Below, piece after piece: positions 27,224-36,954 of a stretch of DNA of 45,935 bases. The stretch covers positions 1 to 45,935 of the forward strand of contig JBBRLJ010000041.1 in assembly GCA_038231435.1 (NCBI GenBank). The letters run 5' to 3'. Numbering within the stretch: the stretch's first letter is position 1; the number at the start of each line of letters is the position of its first letter. Origin of the DNA: Planctomycetota bacterium. GTDB taxonomy: Bacteria > Planctomycetota > UBA11346. Both the position numbers and the translations under genes were made by a program. Under the pieces are notes generated by a model that had not been told where the DNA came from, did not search any database, and saw only the letters and a program-made list of their open reading frames with translations.

Positions 27224-30193
27224 TCAGATCTGCTCGACCGTCCAACCGAGCGTGCTCGTGGCGACGGTGTCGGCGCTGGTCACCACCGCCAACGTGCCGC
27301 CCTCGGCCGGCAGCCAACGCGCCGCGGCGCGACGCACATCGTCGACTGTGACCGCGAGGATGCGCTGGCGGTAACCGTTCAGGAGCGCCGGGCCCATGCC
27401 CTTGAGATCACCGGTGAATCGCGAGCGCGCCTCTCCCGCCGGGCTGCCGGGGGAGTCCAGGCCGGCGATCACGCCGAGCACCGCCTCCTTGAACAGCCGA
27501 GCGTCGTCGGGGCACGCGGCCAGCCAGCCGAGCGCGCCGCGCATGTCCGCGTACGTGGCGTCGAGGCGTGGATCGCGGTAGCTGGTGAGCGCGAACACCG
27601 CGTTCGATCCCTGGTAGCTGGCCCCGCCGCCATACGCGCCGCCTTGTTCGCGGATCTTCGGGTGCAGCACGTTGTTGGTCAGCAGGGGGCCGGCGACGGC
27701 GAGCGCCGCGGCGTCGGCATGCGCGAGCGTGACCGCCGGGAACACCAGCGCGCAGTAGTTCACCGCGGTGGCCGTGGCGTAGGCGGTTGGCGGGCTCGCG
27801 GCAGGAGCGGGCGCCTTGAAGGGCACGGTCGCGCTGGTGTCGACCGGTTCCGGAAGCGCCCACGACTGCTTGAGCGTGGCGAGCACGTCCGAGCGTTCGG
27901 CGGCATCGCCGATCACCGCGACGTGGCGCTCAGCGCCGACCAGCCGCGCGAGCAGGTCGCGCAGGCGCAGGCTGAGCTCGGCCAGGTGCATCTTGGCCTT
28001 GGGGTTCTCTTCGGCGATGTCCTCGCCGAGACGCTTGAGGTAGGCGAGGCGGCCGAGCCCGCCCATGCGGTGGTGCAGCGCGCCCGCTCCGCCGAAGCCG
28101 CGCATAGCCGCGCGCGCCGCGAGCTGGTTGCCGCGGTGCTGCACCGAACCCTGCAGGCGCTGCAGACCTTCCTCGATGAGTTCGCGCAAACGCGCGTGCT
28201 CGTCGAACCGGCATTCGTGCAGGGCCTCGGACAGCAGCGGCATGAAGTCGCCCTGGCGGCTCGCCAAGCCCTTGATCTCGGCGAACATGAAGCCGCGCAC
28301 GCGGCGTTCGTCCTCGGGATCGGCGACCACGTCGGTCCAGGCCCACAAGCCGCCGCAGGTCGCATTCAGTCGCGCCGCCTGCTCGGCGTAATCGAGCTTG
28401 CCCACGCCGAGCTGGCCGACCAGCCGGCTGACCAGCGGGAGCAGATCGAGCTCGGCGTCGCTGAGCATCGGCAAGTGATAGGCAACGACCTGGTGCAGGA
28501 GGCCATTGGTCCCGGCGGTGAAGGTGGTGACGCCATGCTCGCGCTGAGTGCCCTCGGCCCAGCGCCGGAGCTTGGGCACGTCGCCGAGTTCGAGATCCGG
28601 CAGCACGGTCGGGTCATCCTGGCGCGCCTGGCGCTCGGCCAGCGCCTTGGCCTGCGCGCGCAGCTCGCGCTTCGCATCATCGGCGAGGAGCGCAGCCTCG
28701 GTCGCCACCTGCGTGCGTTCAGCGTCGCCCATGCGCGCGTGGAAGCCTCGATCGGGCCTGGCGCGCATCAGCAGCCGGCGCCGGTTGGCGACCAGGCGCG
28801 CGTCGACCTCACGCGTCGCCCATTGCGGATCGCGGGCGCGCTCCTTCAGCCGCTCGATCGCCTGCGATTGGTCCAGAAACGGCAGCGGATCGACACCGTG
28901 ATTCCAGGGCGCGAGCATCCGGAAGCACAGCTCGAGCCCATACGGATACTGGTCGCCGCTGATCTCGCGGCGGGTGAGCTCGACTTGGTGCAGCGCGGCG
29001 TCGATCTCGGAACGCGCGAAGCCGGACTTCGCGACTTCGCGCAGGCAGCCGTCGACCAGCGGCGCGAAGCGCGCGTAGTCTTTCGGATCCACGCCTTCGA
29101 GCTCGGCGGTGAAGAGTCCGTTGCGGTAGCTCGAGCTGTAGCCGCTCGATCCCGTCGAGCGTCCGAGCCCGCTCGCCTCGAGCGCCTTGCGCAGCGGCGC
29201 GCCGGCGTGGCCGAGCAGCAGGCGGTCGATCAGCTCGGCCGAGAGCGCCTCGTCGAGATCGGCGCTGTCGGACCACACCCAGGTGATCGAGACGGCGGTG
29301 GCATCGAGCTCGTCCTGGCCGTCGGCAAGCGGCACTGGCACGTCGAGATCGGCGAACGGGCCGGTCGCGTGCGACACGGTCGGTGGTGGCAGCGGTTGGC
29401 CATCGGCTTCGCCGCCGACGATGTAGGCGGCGAAGGCCGCGTGCAGCTGCGCTGGCTGGGCATTGCCATAGGTGACGAAGCAGGCGTTGGCGGGGCGGTA
29501 GCAGCGGCCGTGAAAATCGAGCAGATCACGGTGCACGAGCTTCGGGATGTCCGACGGTTCGCCGCCGGAGTTGTGGCGGTAGATGGTGTCGGGCAGCAGC
29601 ACGCGCTCGCGCGCCGCCTCCATCTGCGCGTCCGTCGAATCCATCGCGCCCTTCATCTCGTTGAAGACCACGCCCTTGCGCTCCCAGCTTCCGGCATTGG
29701 ACGCGTCATTGGACGCGGCTTTGGACGGGTCCGGGGACTTGCCCTTGGTGGTCGCGTCGGGGGCGGCGGGTTCCAGGCGGTGGCCTTCCTGGGCGAAGTC
29801 GAGCGGGTGCAGGTTCGGCGCGAACACCGCATCGAGGTACACCGCAAGCAGGTTGTCGTGGTCCTTCGCCACTTGGCTGGCGAACGGATACGCGGTCATG
29901 TCCGGGAAGGTCATCGCGTTCATGAAGGTCTGGAGCGAGCGACGCAGCATCTGGAAGAATGGATCGCGCACCGGATAGCGGCGGCTGCCGCAGAGCGTGG
30001 TGTGCTCGAGGATGTGGGGCAGGCCGGTACTGTCCGCCGGCGGCGTGCGGAAGGCGACCGCGAAGGCGCGGTGCTCGTCGGACGAACCGAGATGCCAGTG
30101 CTCGGCGCCGCAGGGATGCCGGTAATGCGAGACCTCGAGCCCGAGGGCGGGAACCGGGCGGCGGTCGATCAGAGCGAACGAGGAAGCGATCAT
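27224..30193 (-). CDS. Insulinase-family (M16C, presequence protease PreP-like) Zn metallopeptidase
   Basis: TGLPHILEHTTLCGS..YPVRDPFF, FMNAMT, GVVFNEMKGA, IREQGGAYGGG, SYRDP. Confidence 0.93.
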   Translation of the reverse strand: MIASSFALIDRRPVPALGLEVSHYRHPCGAEHWHLGSSDEHRAFAVAFRTPPADSTGLPHILEHTTLCGSRRYPVRDPFFQMLRRSLQTFMNAMTFPDMTAYPFASQVAKDHDNLLAVYLDAVFAPNLHPLDFAQEGHRLEPAAPDATTKGKSPDPSKAASNDASNAGSWERKGVVFNEMKGAMDSTDAQMEAARERVLLPDTIYRHNSGGEPSDIPKLVHRDLLDFHGRCYRPANACFVTYGNAQPAQLHAAFAAYIVGGEADGQPLPPPTVSHATGPFADLDVPVPLADGQDELDATAVSITWVWSDSADLDEALSAELIDRLLLGHAGAPLRKALEASGLGRSTGSSGYSSSYRNGLFTAELEGVDPKDYARFAPLVDGCLREVAKSGFARSEIDAALHQVELTRREISGDQYPYGLELCFRMLAPWNHGVDPLPFLDQSQAIERLKERARDPQWATREVDARLVANRRRLLMRARPDRGFHARMGDAERTQVATEAALLADDAKRELRAQAKALAERQARQDDPTVLPDLELGDVPKLRRWAEGTQREHGVTTFTAGTNGLLHQVVAYHLPMLSDAELDLLPLVSRLVGQLGVGKLDYAEQAARLNATCGGLWAWTDVVADPEDERRVRGFMFAEIKGLASRQGDFMPLLSEALHECRFDEHARLRELIEEGLQRLQGSVQHRGNQLAARAAMRGFGGAGALHHRMGGLGRLAYLKRLGEDIAEENPKAKMHLAELSLRLRDLLARLVGAERHVAVIGDAAERSDVLATLKQSWALPEPVDTSATVPFKAPAPAASPPTAYATATAVNYCALVFPAVTLAHADAAALAVAGPLLTNNVLHPKIREQGGAYGGGASYQGSNAVFALTSYRDPRLDATYADMRGALGWLAACPDDARLFKEAVLGVIAGLDSPGSPAGEARSRFTGDLKGMGPALLNGYRQRILAVTVDDVRRAAARWLPAEGGTLAVVTSADTVATSTLGWTVEQI

Positions 30194-30364
30194 GCGGCGA
30201 GTCTCCGGCGAGGGGCATGCGCGCAAGACGTGACTGTCGAGGCTGATGCGGCTACAGGCCGCCGCTCGAGCAGTGCCTCTCTGGGTAGGTTCATGGGAGT
30301 GCCGCGTTGGTGTGCATCGAGGCGCGCATTGAAAGGAAGCACACGCGGGATAGCATCCAGGCGG

Positions 30365-30769
30365 ATGCTCAGGCTCATCGCGTTGTTCGCCGTGCTGATC
30401 AATCTCCTCGCCGGCGCCTTGCCGTCGGGAGCGGTGCTGCATGTCGCGAAGGATGGCCGCCTGGCGATCGAGCCGTCGGCGTGCTGTGCGATGCCCGCCG
30501 ACGGTCCCGACCTGGCCGTGGTCCACGGGCAGTCGCGTCCGATGCAGTGCTGCTGCTTCACCGGCGTCTTGATCGGCCACGACGACCTGCATCCGGGATT
30601 GCCGACCGGCTGCGAGCTGCCCGTACTGCCACCAGTCGATGCCTGGTGGGCGGCAGGCCTGTTCGAGCATGTCCGCGGTGCATCGCCGGGAGCGCTGTCG
30701 CGCGCGCGGCATCATCCGCCGCCGCCCCTCGGGGCGTTGCGCCCGGATACCGTCGTCATCCGTTGTTGA
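30365..30769 (+). CDS. Small exported Cys/His/Pro-rich protein, candidate metal-responsive leader ORF
   Basis: Hydrophobic N-terminus, CC and CCC clusters, HDDLH and HHPPPP. First ORF before the cusCBA-like genes. Confidence 0.6.
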   Translation: MLRLIALFAVLINLLAGALPSGAVLHVAKDGRLAIEPSACCAMPADGPDLAVVHGQSRPMQCCCFTGVLIGHDDLHPGLPTGCELPVLPPVDAWWAAGLFEHVRGASPGALSRARHHPPPPLGALRPDTVVIRC

Positions 30770-30859
30770 GTCTGGTCGAGTGAGATCGGCCGCGGCGTCG
30801 CCGCGGCCGACACGTCTCCACTCGCCCATCTCGACTCTCCACCTCGACACGGAACCGCC

Positions 30860-32395
30860 ATGTCCACCCGCGCCAGCGCGGCGTCCCCAGGGACGCCGTC
30901 ATCGATATCATCGTACGCTCACCCAGGTCACGGATTGCGCTCGTCCGGTCTGCTCGCATGCCTGGCCATCGGCTTCGCCGGTTGCGACGCGCATCGACGC
31001 GCTGAGGTGCATGCCGCGGATTCACCGCGCGTGTCAGCGGCGTCCGCACCGCTCGCGCCGCTGACAGCATCGCCATCAACGTCGCCATCAGCATCGCCGG
31101 CCTCATCGGATACTCCGCGGCCCGGGTCGACGGACTTGTTCGCCGGCCTCGAATGGCTCACCGGCGACGCGCTGCTCGACGCCATCCATCTGGGCAATCC
31201 CACCCTGGCGGCGCGCCGCGCGGGCGTGCGCGCAGCGCGCGAACGCGTGCCGCAGGCGTCGGCGCTCGACGACCCGACGCTCTCATACCAGATCGCGCCG
31301 TGGAGCGTCGGCCGCGGTCACGAGCCCGGGCATATCGCGACGCTGTCGCAGGCGGTGCCGTGGCCGGGCAAGCGCGCCGCGCGCGGCGGCGCCGCACAAG
31401 CCAACCTCGATGCCGAGGAGGCGGACCTGCTCGAGGAGGAGCGCCACCATTTGCTGGAATCGCGCATGCTGTTCGCCGAATACTGGCTGGCCGATCGCCA
31501 GATCGTCATCGCCCGGACCTCGTTGGCGCTGGTACGGCAGCTGCGCGCCACGGCGATCAGCGCCGTGGCCTCCGGAGCCGCGAGCACCGACGCCTACGAG
31601 GCGGCGATGGGCGAGGCGGAGGCCGAACGCGTCCTCCTGCGCGCCCAGCGCGAGCGCGAAGTCAAGGCGGCCGAGATCAACGCCATCGTCGGGCGCCCCG
31701 CGGAAGCCGCCGTCCCGCCCCCGACGGTAGTCCTGACCAAGGTGTTCCCCATGCCTGACCAGGGTCTGCTGCTGCGTCTGGCGCAGAGACGCCCGGCGGT
31801 AGCCGCGGCGCGCGCGCGCGTCCGCCAGGAAGAGGAGCGGTTGACGCTCGCCCGCCGCAACGCCTTCCCCGACGTCACCGTGAGCGTCGGCTACACCAGC
31901 ATGGACGAGCGCCACCAGGAGGACGTGTTCGTCGGCGCCTCGATCAACGTGCCGCTCAATCAGGAACGCCGCCATGCCGCGGTCGCCGAGATGGGCGCCG
32001 AGCTCGACGCGGCGCGTGAACGCCTGCGCGGCGCCGAGCTCGATGCCGCGCGCGAGGCCATGGATGCGCTGGCGCGCTTGCGCGAGGGCGCGAGCGCCAT
32101 CGCGCTCTTGCGCGACCTCGCCCTGCCCAACGCCCACCAGTCGGCCGAGGCCACCAGCGCGGCGCTCGCGGCGGGCACCGGACAGGTGGGCGCCGCGTTG
32201 CGCGCCCAGCGCGCGGTATTCGCCGCCGAGAGCCAACTCGCCGAGGAGGAGCACGAGTTCTACCATCAGCTGGGAAACCTCGAGTGCTGCATCGGCGTGC
32301 CGGTCGAGTCGCTGTCCGTCCCGGTCATCGACACCCTTCCCGAGCGCGAGCCGAAGCCCGAGCCCGCGGCCGAGCCGCACGGAGTCCAGCCATGA
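30860..32395 (+). CDS. TolC/CusC family outer-membrane efflux lipoprotein
   Basis: Lipobox-like FAGC, NPTLAA, LDDPTL, SQAVPWPGK, RRPAV, FPDVTV, INVPL. Confidence 0.85.
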   Translation: MSTRASAASPGTPSSISSYAHPGHGLRSSGLLACLAIGFAGCDAHRRAEVHAADSPRVSAASAPLAPLTASPSTSPSASPASSDTPRPGSTDLFAGLEWLTGDALLDAIHLGNPTLAARRAGVRAARERVPQASALDDPTLSYQIAPWSVGRGHEPGHIATLSQAVPWPGKRAARGGAAQANLDAEEADLLEEERHHLLESRMLFAEYWLADRQIVIARTSLALVRQLRATAISAVASGAASTDAYEAAMGEAEAERVLLRAQREREVKAAEINAIVGRPAEAAVPPPTVVLTKVFPMPDQGLLLRLAQRRPAVAAARARVRQEEERLTLARRNAFPDVTVSVGYTSMDERHQEDVFVGASINVPLNQERRHAAVAEMGAELDAARERLRGAELDAAREAMDALARLREGASAIALLRDLALPNAHQSAEATSAALAAGTGQVGAALRAQRAVFAAESQLAEEEHEFYHQLGNLECCIGVPVESLSVPVIDTLPEREPKPEPAAEPHGVQP

Positions 32396-33627
32396 GCCGC
32401 GCCATCTCCATCCTCGCCTTCATCATCGTCATCGCCGCCGCGGTGTTCGCCGCGGTCGTGTTCGTGCGCGGACGGACGCCATCGGAGGCGTCAGGCTCCT
32501 CCGGGACCGCCGCCGCGAGTCCAGCGGCCGCATCGCCGGCACCGGATGCGCCCGAGACCGCGTATTGGACGTGCTCGATGCATCCATCGGTGCGGCAGGC
32601 GCAGCCGGGACTGTGTCCGATCTGCAAGATGGAACTGGTGCCGGTACTCGCGAGCGATCTCAGCGGCGGCATGATCACGGTCGACGAGGGGCGGCGTCAG
32701 GTGATCGGCGTCAAGCTCGGGAAAACCGAGATGGTCGAATTGACGCGCGAACTGCGCGCGGCCGCGGTGGTGGCGATCGACGAGACGCGCCTGACCGAGG
32801 TCACGGTGCGCGTGGGTGGATGGATCCGCACACTCGCCGCCGACGCGCCTGGCAAGCGCTTCGCGAAGGGTGACGAACTGTTCACGCTTTACAGTCCCGA
32901 GCTGATCGCCGCGCAGAGCGAGTATGTCGCCGGCCGGGCGGCGGACCGGGATGGGGCGCTGACCCACGCCGCGCGGACCAGGCTCGCGCGCCTCGGCATG
33001 GCCGATGCCGGCGTGGCCGCGCTCGAAGCCGCCGGCGCGCCGCTCGAGCAGGTATCGATCGCAAGTCCGGCGGACGGCGTGGTGCTCGAGAAGACGGTGG
33101 TTGCCGGCGCCCGCGTCGAATCCGGCACGCGCGTGCTGAGACTCGCCGATCTGTCGCGGGTGTGGGTGGAGGCGGCGATCCATGAACAGGATCTGGGCCT
33201 GGTCGCCGTCGGAGCGCAGGTGGCGATCGAGCTGCCAGCCCCAGGCGCGGTGGCGACCGAGGGCACGGTCGCGTTCGTCTATCCCTACGTCGACGACGCT
33301 ACCCGCACCGGTCGCGTGCGCATCGAGGTGGCGAACGCCGACGGCGCGCTGAAGCCCGGCATGTACGCAACCTGCGTGATCCGCATTCCGCTCGGGCGCA
33401 GGCTGACGGTCCCCGAGGACGCGGTGGTCTATGCGGGCGAGCACCGCGTGGTGTTCCGCGATCTCGGTGGCGGCAAGCTCAAGCCGGTCGATGTCACCAC
33501 CGGTGCGCGCGCGCAGGGCAGGATCGAGATCCTGGGCGGCCTCGCCGATGGCGATGCGATCGTGGTGTCGGGCGTGTTCCTGCTCGCGTCTGAGAGCCGC
33601 ATCAAATCGGGAACGTCCCAGTGGTGA
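32392..33627 (+). CDS. cusB: CusB-like RND periplasmic adaptor with heavy-metal-binding domain
   Basis: WTCSMHP...PGLCPICKMELVP, YSPELIAAQSEY, LADLSRVWV, LKPGMY. ATGA overlap with the OMF gene. Confidence 0.9.
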   Translation: MSRAISILAFIIVIAAAVFAAVVFVRGRTPSEASGSSGTAAASPAAASPAPDAPETAYWTCSMHPSVRQAQPGLCPICKMELVPVLASDLSGGMITVDEGRRQVIGVKLGKTEMVELTRELRAAAVVAIDETRLTEVTVRVGGWIRTLAADAPGKRFAKGDELFTLYSPELIAAQSEYVAGRAADRDGALTHAARTRLARLGMADAGVAALEAAGAPLEQVSIASPADGVVLEKTVVAGARVESGTRVLRLADLSRVWVEAAIHEQDLGLVAVGAQVAIELPAPGAVATEGTVAFVYPYVDDATRTGRVRIEVANADGALKPGMYATCVIRIPLGRRLTVPEDAVVYAGEHRVVFRDLGGGKLKPVDVTTGARAQGRIEILGGLADGDAIVVSGVFLLASESRIKSGTSQW

Positions 33628-36600
33628 ACGACCGCGACCCTGCTGCCGGCCCGTCGTCCGAATCCCGGCTCGGGGCCATCCAGCGCCTGATCGGCTGGTG
33701 CGCGGCGAACCCGTTCCTGGTCGCGATGGGGGCGGTCGCCCTGGTCGCGTGGGGTGTGATGTCGTTGCGCGCGGCGCCGCTCGACGCGATCCCAGACCTG
33801 TCCGATGCGCAGGTGATCGTGTTCACCGAATGGAAGGGCCGCAGCCCCGATCTGATCGAGGACCAGATCACCTATCCGATATCATCTGCGCTGCTGTCGG
33901 CTCCGAAGGTGAAGCACGTGCGCGGACAGAGTGTGCTCGGGCTGTCATTCGTGAATGTGGTGTTCGAAGACGGCACCGACATCTACTGGGCACGCAGCCG
34001 CGTGCTCGAATACCTGAATTCAGCCCAGGGCCAGCTGCCCGCGGGGGTCTCACCGCGGCTCGGGCCTGACGCCAGCGGTGTCGGCTGGGTGTTCGAATAC
34101 GCGCTGGTCGACCGCACCGGCAAGCACGACCTTGCCGAACTGCGTGCGCTGCAGGATTTCCACCTGCGCTACGCGCTGTCGTCGCTCGAAGGCGTCGCCG
34201 AAGTGGCGACCATGGGCGGGCCACTGAAACAGTACCAGGTCACCGTCGACCCGGAGAAGCTGCTGGCCCACCGCGTGCCGATCGGCGAGGTGGTGGCAGC
34301 GGTCAGGCACGCCAACAACGACGTGGGCGGGCGCGTGATCGAAATCGCCGGCCACGAGCACACCATCCGCGGGCGCGGCTACATCCGCTCGAAGGAGGAC
34401 CTCGAGCTGGCGCCGATCCGCATGGGTGAAAAGGGAGTCGCGGTGCTGCTGCGCGACGTCGCGGTGGTGCAGTTCGGCGCCGAGATGGGCCGCGGCGTGG
34501 TCGAGCTCGATGGCCAGGGCGAGGCCGTCGGTGGTCTGGTAGTGATGCGCTACGGCGAGAACGCGCTGAACGTGATCGAGCGGGTCAAGGAACGCCTCGA
34601 CGAGGAGCGAGCGGCGCTGCCGGCTGGCGTCGAGCTGGTGGTGACCTACGACCGCTCGGATCTCATCAAGCGAGCCATCGCCAATCTCCAGCGCACCCTC
34701 ATCGAGGAGATGGCGGTGGTGTCGCTGGTGATCGCCCTGTTCCTGCTGCATGCGCGCTCGGCGCTGGTGGCGATCATCACCCTGCCGATCGCGGTGCTCG
34801 CCGCGTTCATCCCGATGACCGCGCAACACCTCACCGCCAACATCATGTCCCTCGGCGGCATCGCGGTGGCGATCGGTGCCATGGTCGACGCCGCCATCAT
34901 CATGATCGAGAACGCCCACCGCAGGGTCGCGGCGGTCGAGGGGGACGGGCCCGAGGCGGCCGTGGCGCGCCGGATGGCGTTGGTGCGGGCGATGCAGGAG
35001 GTGGGCCCGAGCATCTTCTTCGCGCTGCTGGTGATCACCGTCTCGTTCTTGCCGGTGTTCTCGCTGCAGGATACCGAGGGCCGTCTATTCAAGCCCCTGG
35101 CCTTCACCAAAACCTGGTCGATGGCGGCCGCCGCGCTGCTCGCGGTGACGTTGATCCCGGCCTTGGCGGTGCTGGCCATGCGCGGCAGGATGCGCGGCGA
35201 GGACAGCAATCCGCTCAACCGCTGGCTATCGGCGGCCTACGCGCCAATCGCCCGCTGGGTATCACGGCATCCACTGCCGGTCATTGGCGCCGCGGTTCTC
35301 GCCATGGTGGTGACCGTTGCGAGCATCCTGTACGTTCCGCGCTTTCAGTTGCAGAGCGAGTTCATGCCCGATCTCAATGAGGGCGCGATCCTCTACATGC
35401 CGACCAGCCCACCGGGGATGTCGATCACTGAAGCCACGCGGCTGCTGCAGGTGATGGACACCGAGCTCAAGTCCTTCCCTGAGGTGCAGTCGGTGTTCGG
35501 CAAGATGGGATCCAGCGAGACCGCCACCGATCCCGCTCCGTTGAACATGGCCGAGACAGTGGTGATGCTCAAGCCCGAGCGCGAATGGCGCCCGGGCATG
35601 ACCTGGCGCAAGCTCATCGACGAGATGCGTGCCAAGCTGGTCTATCCCGGCATGCCGTCGCAATTCTGGATGCCGATCCAGACGCGCATCGACATGCTCG
35701 CGACCGGCGTGCGATCGCCGCTGGCGATCAAGGTCTACGGCTCGTCGATCGACGAGGTCGAGCGTGCTGGCATCGACATCGAGAAGGCCCTGGGATCGGA
35801 CCCGCGCACGGCAGGCATCACCGAGAGCGTCTTCCTCGAGCGCTCCGCTGGCGGATTCTTCATCGACTTCGCCGCCAAGCGCGAGCAGGCCGCTCGCTTC
35901 GGACTGAGCGTCGACGACGTGAACGAGGTGGTGGAGACCGCGATCGGCGGCATGTCGGTGACCCAGACCGTGGAGGGCCGCGAGCGCTATCCGGTGAACG
36001 TGCGCTATGCCCGCGATTTCCGTGAAGATCCCGACGCCCTGGCGCGGGTGCTGGTGCCGACGCCGAGCGGCGCCCAGGTGCCGATGTCGCAGGTCGCCGA
36101 CATCCGTTTCGTGAAGGGCCCGATGATGATCTCGAGCGAAGCCGGCAAGCTGGTCGGCGTGGTGGTGGTGAACGCGAAGGCTCTAGGCATTCCAGACTAC
36201 GTCGCCAAGGCCCGTGGCGTGGTGGACGAGCATCGCCAGGGCACGCGCGTGGAATGGGTCGGGCAGTTCCAGCACTACCAGAGCGCCAAGGCGCGGCTGC
36301 GGATCGTGGTGCCGGTCACGCTGTTCATCGTGTTCATGCTGCTCTACCTGAGCACGCGCTCGCTGATCGAGACCGGGCTGGTGATGGCGGCGGTGCCGTT
36401 CTCGCTGATCGGCGCGGTCTGGATCTTGGTCCTCCTCCACTACAAGGTGAGCGTCGCCGTGTGGGTGGGGATGATCGCGTTGGCGGGACTCGATGCTGAG
36501 ACCGGGGTGATCATGCTGCTGTTCCTGACCATGGCGTGGCGCGAGCGCGTGGCGCGCGGCGAAATGCGTCATCGCGGCGATCTCGAGGAAGCCATCGTCG

Positions 36601-36827
36601 AGGGTTCGGCGCGCCGCATCCGCCCCAAGCTGATGACGGTCGCCTGCCTGCTGATCGGCCTGCTGCCAGTGATGTGGTCGGATGGCACCGGAGCGGATGT
36701 GATGAAGCGCATCGCCGCGCCGATGGTGGGTGGCATCGTCACCTCATTCCTGCTCGAACTCGCGGTCTATCCCGCCGCATTCCGACTGTGGAAGGGACGG
36801 GGGCTGCCCCTGCACGTCTCCGACTGA
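33624..36827 (+). CDS. cusA: CusA/SilA family heavy-metal (Cu/Ag) RND permease
   Basis: LDAIPDLSDAQVIV, GPDASGVGWVFEY, NIMSLGGIAVAIGAMVDAAI, FMPDLNEGAILYMP, TDPAPLNM, RIRPKLMT, MKRIAAPMVGG. Confidence 0.95.
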   Translation: MNDRDPAAGPSSESRLGAIQRLIGWCAANPFLVAMGAVALVAWGVMSLRAAPLDAIPDLSDAQVIVFTEWKGRSPDLIEDQITYPISSALLSAPKVKHVRGQSVLGLSFVNVVFEDGTDIYWARSRVLEYLNSAQGQLPAGVSPRLGPDASGVGWVFEYALVDRTGKHDLAELRALQDFHLRYALSSLEGVAEVATMGGPLKQYQVTVDPEKLLAHRVPIGEVVAAVRHANNDVGGRVIEIAGHEHTIRGRGYIRSKEDLELAPIRMGEKGVAVLLRDVAVVQFGAEMGRGVVELDGQGEAVGGLVVMRYGENALNVIERVKERLDEERAALPAGVELVVTYDRSDLIKRAIANLQRTLIEEMAVVSLVIALFLLHARSALVAIITLPIAVLAAFIPMTAQHLTANIMSLGGIAVAIGAMVDAAIIMIENAHRRVAAVEGDGPEAAVARRMALVRAMQEVGPSIFFALLVITVSFLPVFSLQDTEGRLFKPLAFTKTWSMAAAALLAVTLIPALAVLAMRGRMRGEDSNPLNRWLSAAYAPIARWVSRHPLPVIGAAVLAMVVTVASILYVPRFQLQSEFMPDLNEGAILYMPTSPPGMSITEATRLLQVMDTELKSFPEVQSVFGKMGSSETATDPAPLNMAETVVMLKPEREWRPGMTWRKLIDEMRAKLVYPGMPSQFWMPIQTRIDMLATGVRSPLAIKVYGSSIDEVERAGIDIEKALGSDPRTAGITESVFLERSAGGFFIDFAAKREQAARFGLSVDDVNEVVETAIGGMSVTQTVEGRERYPVNVRYARDFREDPDALARVLVPTPSGAQVPMSQVADIRFVKGPMMISSEAGKLVGVVVVNAKALGIPDYVAKARGVVDEHRQGTRVEWVGQFQHYQSAKARLRIVVPVTLFIVFMLLYLSTRSLIETGLVMAAVPFSLIGAVWILVLLHYKVSVAVWVGMIALAGLDAETGVIMLLFLTMAWRERVARGEMRHRGDLEEAIVEGSARRIRPKLMTVACLLIGLLPVMWSDGTGADVMKRIAAPMVGGIVTSFLLELAVYPAAFRLWKGRGLPLHVSD

Positions 36828-36954
36828 GGGGATCGCTCGGCGAGGAATGATGCAGATGTCTCAGGGAAAAGTCGACGGCCTTGTACAAGCTCGACGAGGG
36901 GGGATTTCCTGTGCAGCGGTCGGCTGCCGATAGTCGCCGGCAGGAGTATACGCC

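Noticed and set aside
27644..30364. 1041-aa + strand ORF (and similar long ORFs such as 9009-10649, 6011-8662, 44085-45893, 5911-7980)
   Set aside because: These are antisense or alternate-frame shadows of well-supported genes, expected in high-GC DNA. Only the 3' ends of some (30365-30769, 10650-11759) are real genes.
31050..31110. Repetitive CGCCATCA tract in the cusC-like gene
   Set aside because: It encodes an ordinary Ser/Pro/Ala-rich lipoprotein linker (ASPSTSPSASPAS)
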